Below, piece by piece: positions 56,542 through 57,811 of a DNA stretch of 57,811 nt; position 1 is the first letter of the stretch, and each line of letters opens with the position of its first letter. The position numbers were made by a program, and so were the translations under genes. The stretch is from an archaeon (GTDB lineage: Archaea > Nanobdellota > Nanobdellia > Pacearchaeales > GW2011-AR1). A model generated the notes under the pieces. The model was not told the DNA's origin, ran no database searches, and was given only the letters and a program-made list of their open reading frames with translations. The stretch spans positions 1 through 57,811 of the forward strand of contig JAACWB010000007.1 in the NCBI GenBank assembly GCA_009992215.1, written 5' to 3'.

Positions 56542-57165
56542 TTATTTTTTTATGCTTAGAACGTAATTTCCTAATATCTTCAATTTTGGCTTTTGTGGAA
56601 GAATAATGTGCCTAGAGTTTAAAATTTTAAATTTTGTTTTTACCAACTTTTCAGTTTCTTTTAATGTTGCAAAGTATATTTTAATTCCCGCAGGAGAAGT
56701 TCTTAATTTTCCAGTTCCCATGAAATTAGAATCTCCACTAAAAGCTACAGTTAAATACTTTCCCTCGTCCTTTAATGCATTTGAAATAGAATCAATATAT
56801 TTTTTTCTTTCATTTTTAGTTTTTATTTCATGAAGAAATCTCCAATCAAATATAAAATCAAATTTCTCTTTATATTGTGATACTTTTGAATAATCTTTAC
56901 ATAAAAATTTTATTTTAAATTTTTTCTTAATCTTTTTCTTTGCAAATTCTATAGCATTTTTTGAAGAATCTATTGCAATAACATCAAATCCTTTTTTTGC
57001 CAAATATATTGAGTGATTGCCTTCACCACATCCAACCTCCAAAATCTTACTTTTTTTTGGAATTATTTTTATTATCTGGTTTATTTTTTTTGGAATTTTT
57101 TTAAATGTCCATGGGGCATAATTAGGTTTAAGGTAAATTTCTTTAAACGTTTTCTCCTCTTTCAT
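56542..57165 (-). CDS. class I SAM-dependent methyltransferase (TehB/TPMT-like)
   Basis: LEVGCGEG, AIDSS, FDFIFD...LH. Confidence 0.9.
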   Translation of the reverse strand: MKEEKTFKEIYLKPNYAPWTFKKIPKKINQIIKIIPKKSKILEVGCGEGNHSIYLAKKGFDVIAIDSSKNAIEFAKKKIKKKFKIKFLCKDYSKVSQYKEKFDFIFDWRFLHEIKTKNERKKYIDSISNALKDEGKYLTVAFSGDSNFMGTGKLRTSPAGIKIYFATLKETEKLVKTKFKILNSRHIILPQKPKLKILGNYVLSIKK

Positions 57166-57314
57166 AATTGTGTTAAAGATTATTTATTTAAAAATTATTG
57201 GATACAAAAATTTTTCTAAAGAAGTACTGTAATCATTTTCATTTATCCGCAGTATACAAAAGCGTTTATAAAGAACTGCTATTTTGTTACAGTAATTAAA
57301 TTAAGGAAAACAAA

Positions 57315-57644
57315 ATGACAGTAAAAGAATTAACTTTAGAAAATTTTGAAGAAGAAGTTATTAATTCAGATGTTCCAATAATCATCGATTTTTTCGCTGA
57401 TTGGTGTGGACCATGTCAAATGATGAAACCTGTTTTTCAATCTGTAAGCGAAGAGTATAAAGGAAAATTAAAATTCCTTAAGCTTGATACTCAAGAAGAG
57501 CAAGGGCTTGCAATGAAATTCGGAATCCAAGGTATTCCTGCTTTTGTTATGGTAAATAACGGAAAAGAAGTTGGAAGAATTGTTGGTTACATGAATGAAG
57601 ACATGTTCAAAGAAAGAATTAATAATGTTTTAGAAAGATTATAA
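57315..57644 (+). CDS. trxA: thioredoxin
   Basis: DFFADWCGPC, GIP. Confidence 0.95.
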   Translation: MTVKELTLENFEEEVINSDVPIIIDFFADWCGPCQMMKPVFQSVSEEYKGKLKFLKLDTQEEQGLAMKFGIQGIPAFVMVNNGKEVGRIVGYMNEDMFKERINNVLERL

Positions 57645-57683
57645 ACTCTTTTTGTTTTATTATTATAATCTTTATTAATTAAA

Positions 57684-57811
57684 ATGATAGATTTTGCGTG
57701 TAAAAAATTTGATATAGAAGAAGTGATTAAATGTAGCTTGGCTCTTAGTAAATCGGATTTTAGAATTTTAAAATTTTTAATGCAGAATGATGACAGTTTT
57801 TCAACTGAAGA
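57684..57811 (+). CDS. 5' part of an HTH transcriptional regulator (TrmB/COG3355-like), truncated by the window end
   Basis: MIDFACKKFDIEEVIKCSLALSKSDFRILKFL. Confidence 0.6.
   Translation, partial: MIDFACKKFDIEEVIKCSLALSKSDFRILKFLMQNDDSFSTE

Noticed and set aside
3702-57219. Many 60-150 aa antisense or alternate-frame ORFs (e.g. 7420, 9405, 33513, 39716, 47468, 51917)
   Set aside because: Shadows of well-supported genes with biased F/S/L composition

Overview
This is a 57.8 kb, very AT-rich chromosomal segment of an archaeon, most likely a DPANN/Nanoarchaeota lineage such as Pacearchaeota (inference from gene content and short, divergent core proteins). Core genes include radA, RPA, GINS, a RecJ-like DHH protein, a split Hef helicase and XPF nuclease, aIF2-alpha, EF-1beta, uS15, Nop10, SRP54, FtsY, Bud32, MinD, ndk, apgM and tRNA-Gln(TTG). 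A large type IV pilus locus (about 11.7-29.6 kb) carries an ATPase, a 1265-aa adhesin-like protein, a TadC platform, about nine class III signal-peptide pilin-like ORFs (three missed by the ORF track) and a prepilin peptidase. The most unusual signals are four. (1) Nine dispersed hairpins with a C-tract loop (G-quadruplex-forming on the minus strand in the clearest copies), all in one orientation, one lying in frame inside ftsY. (2) Five 105-106 bp hairpin elements with conserved ends and compensating cores, each directly after the stop codon of a + strand gene. (3) A kinase, HAD phosphatase and thymidylate-synthase-like module whose active-site Asp suggests cytosine (dCMP/CMP) modification, lying between the two halves of Hef. 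(4) An ArmA/FmrO-like 16S rRNA methyltransferase. No CRISPR array, transposase or integrase was seen. All annotation comes from motif reading, not database searches.
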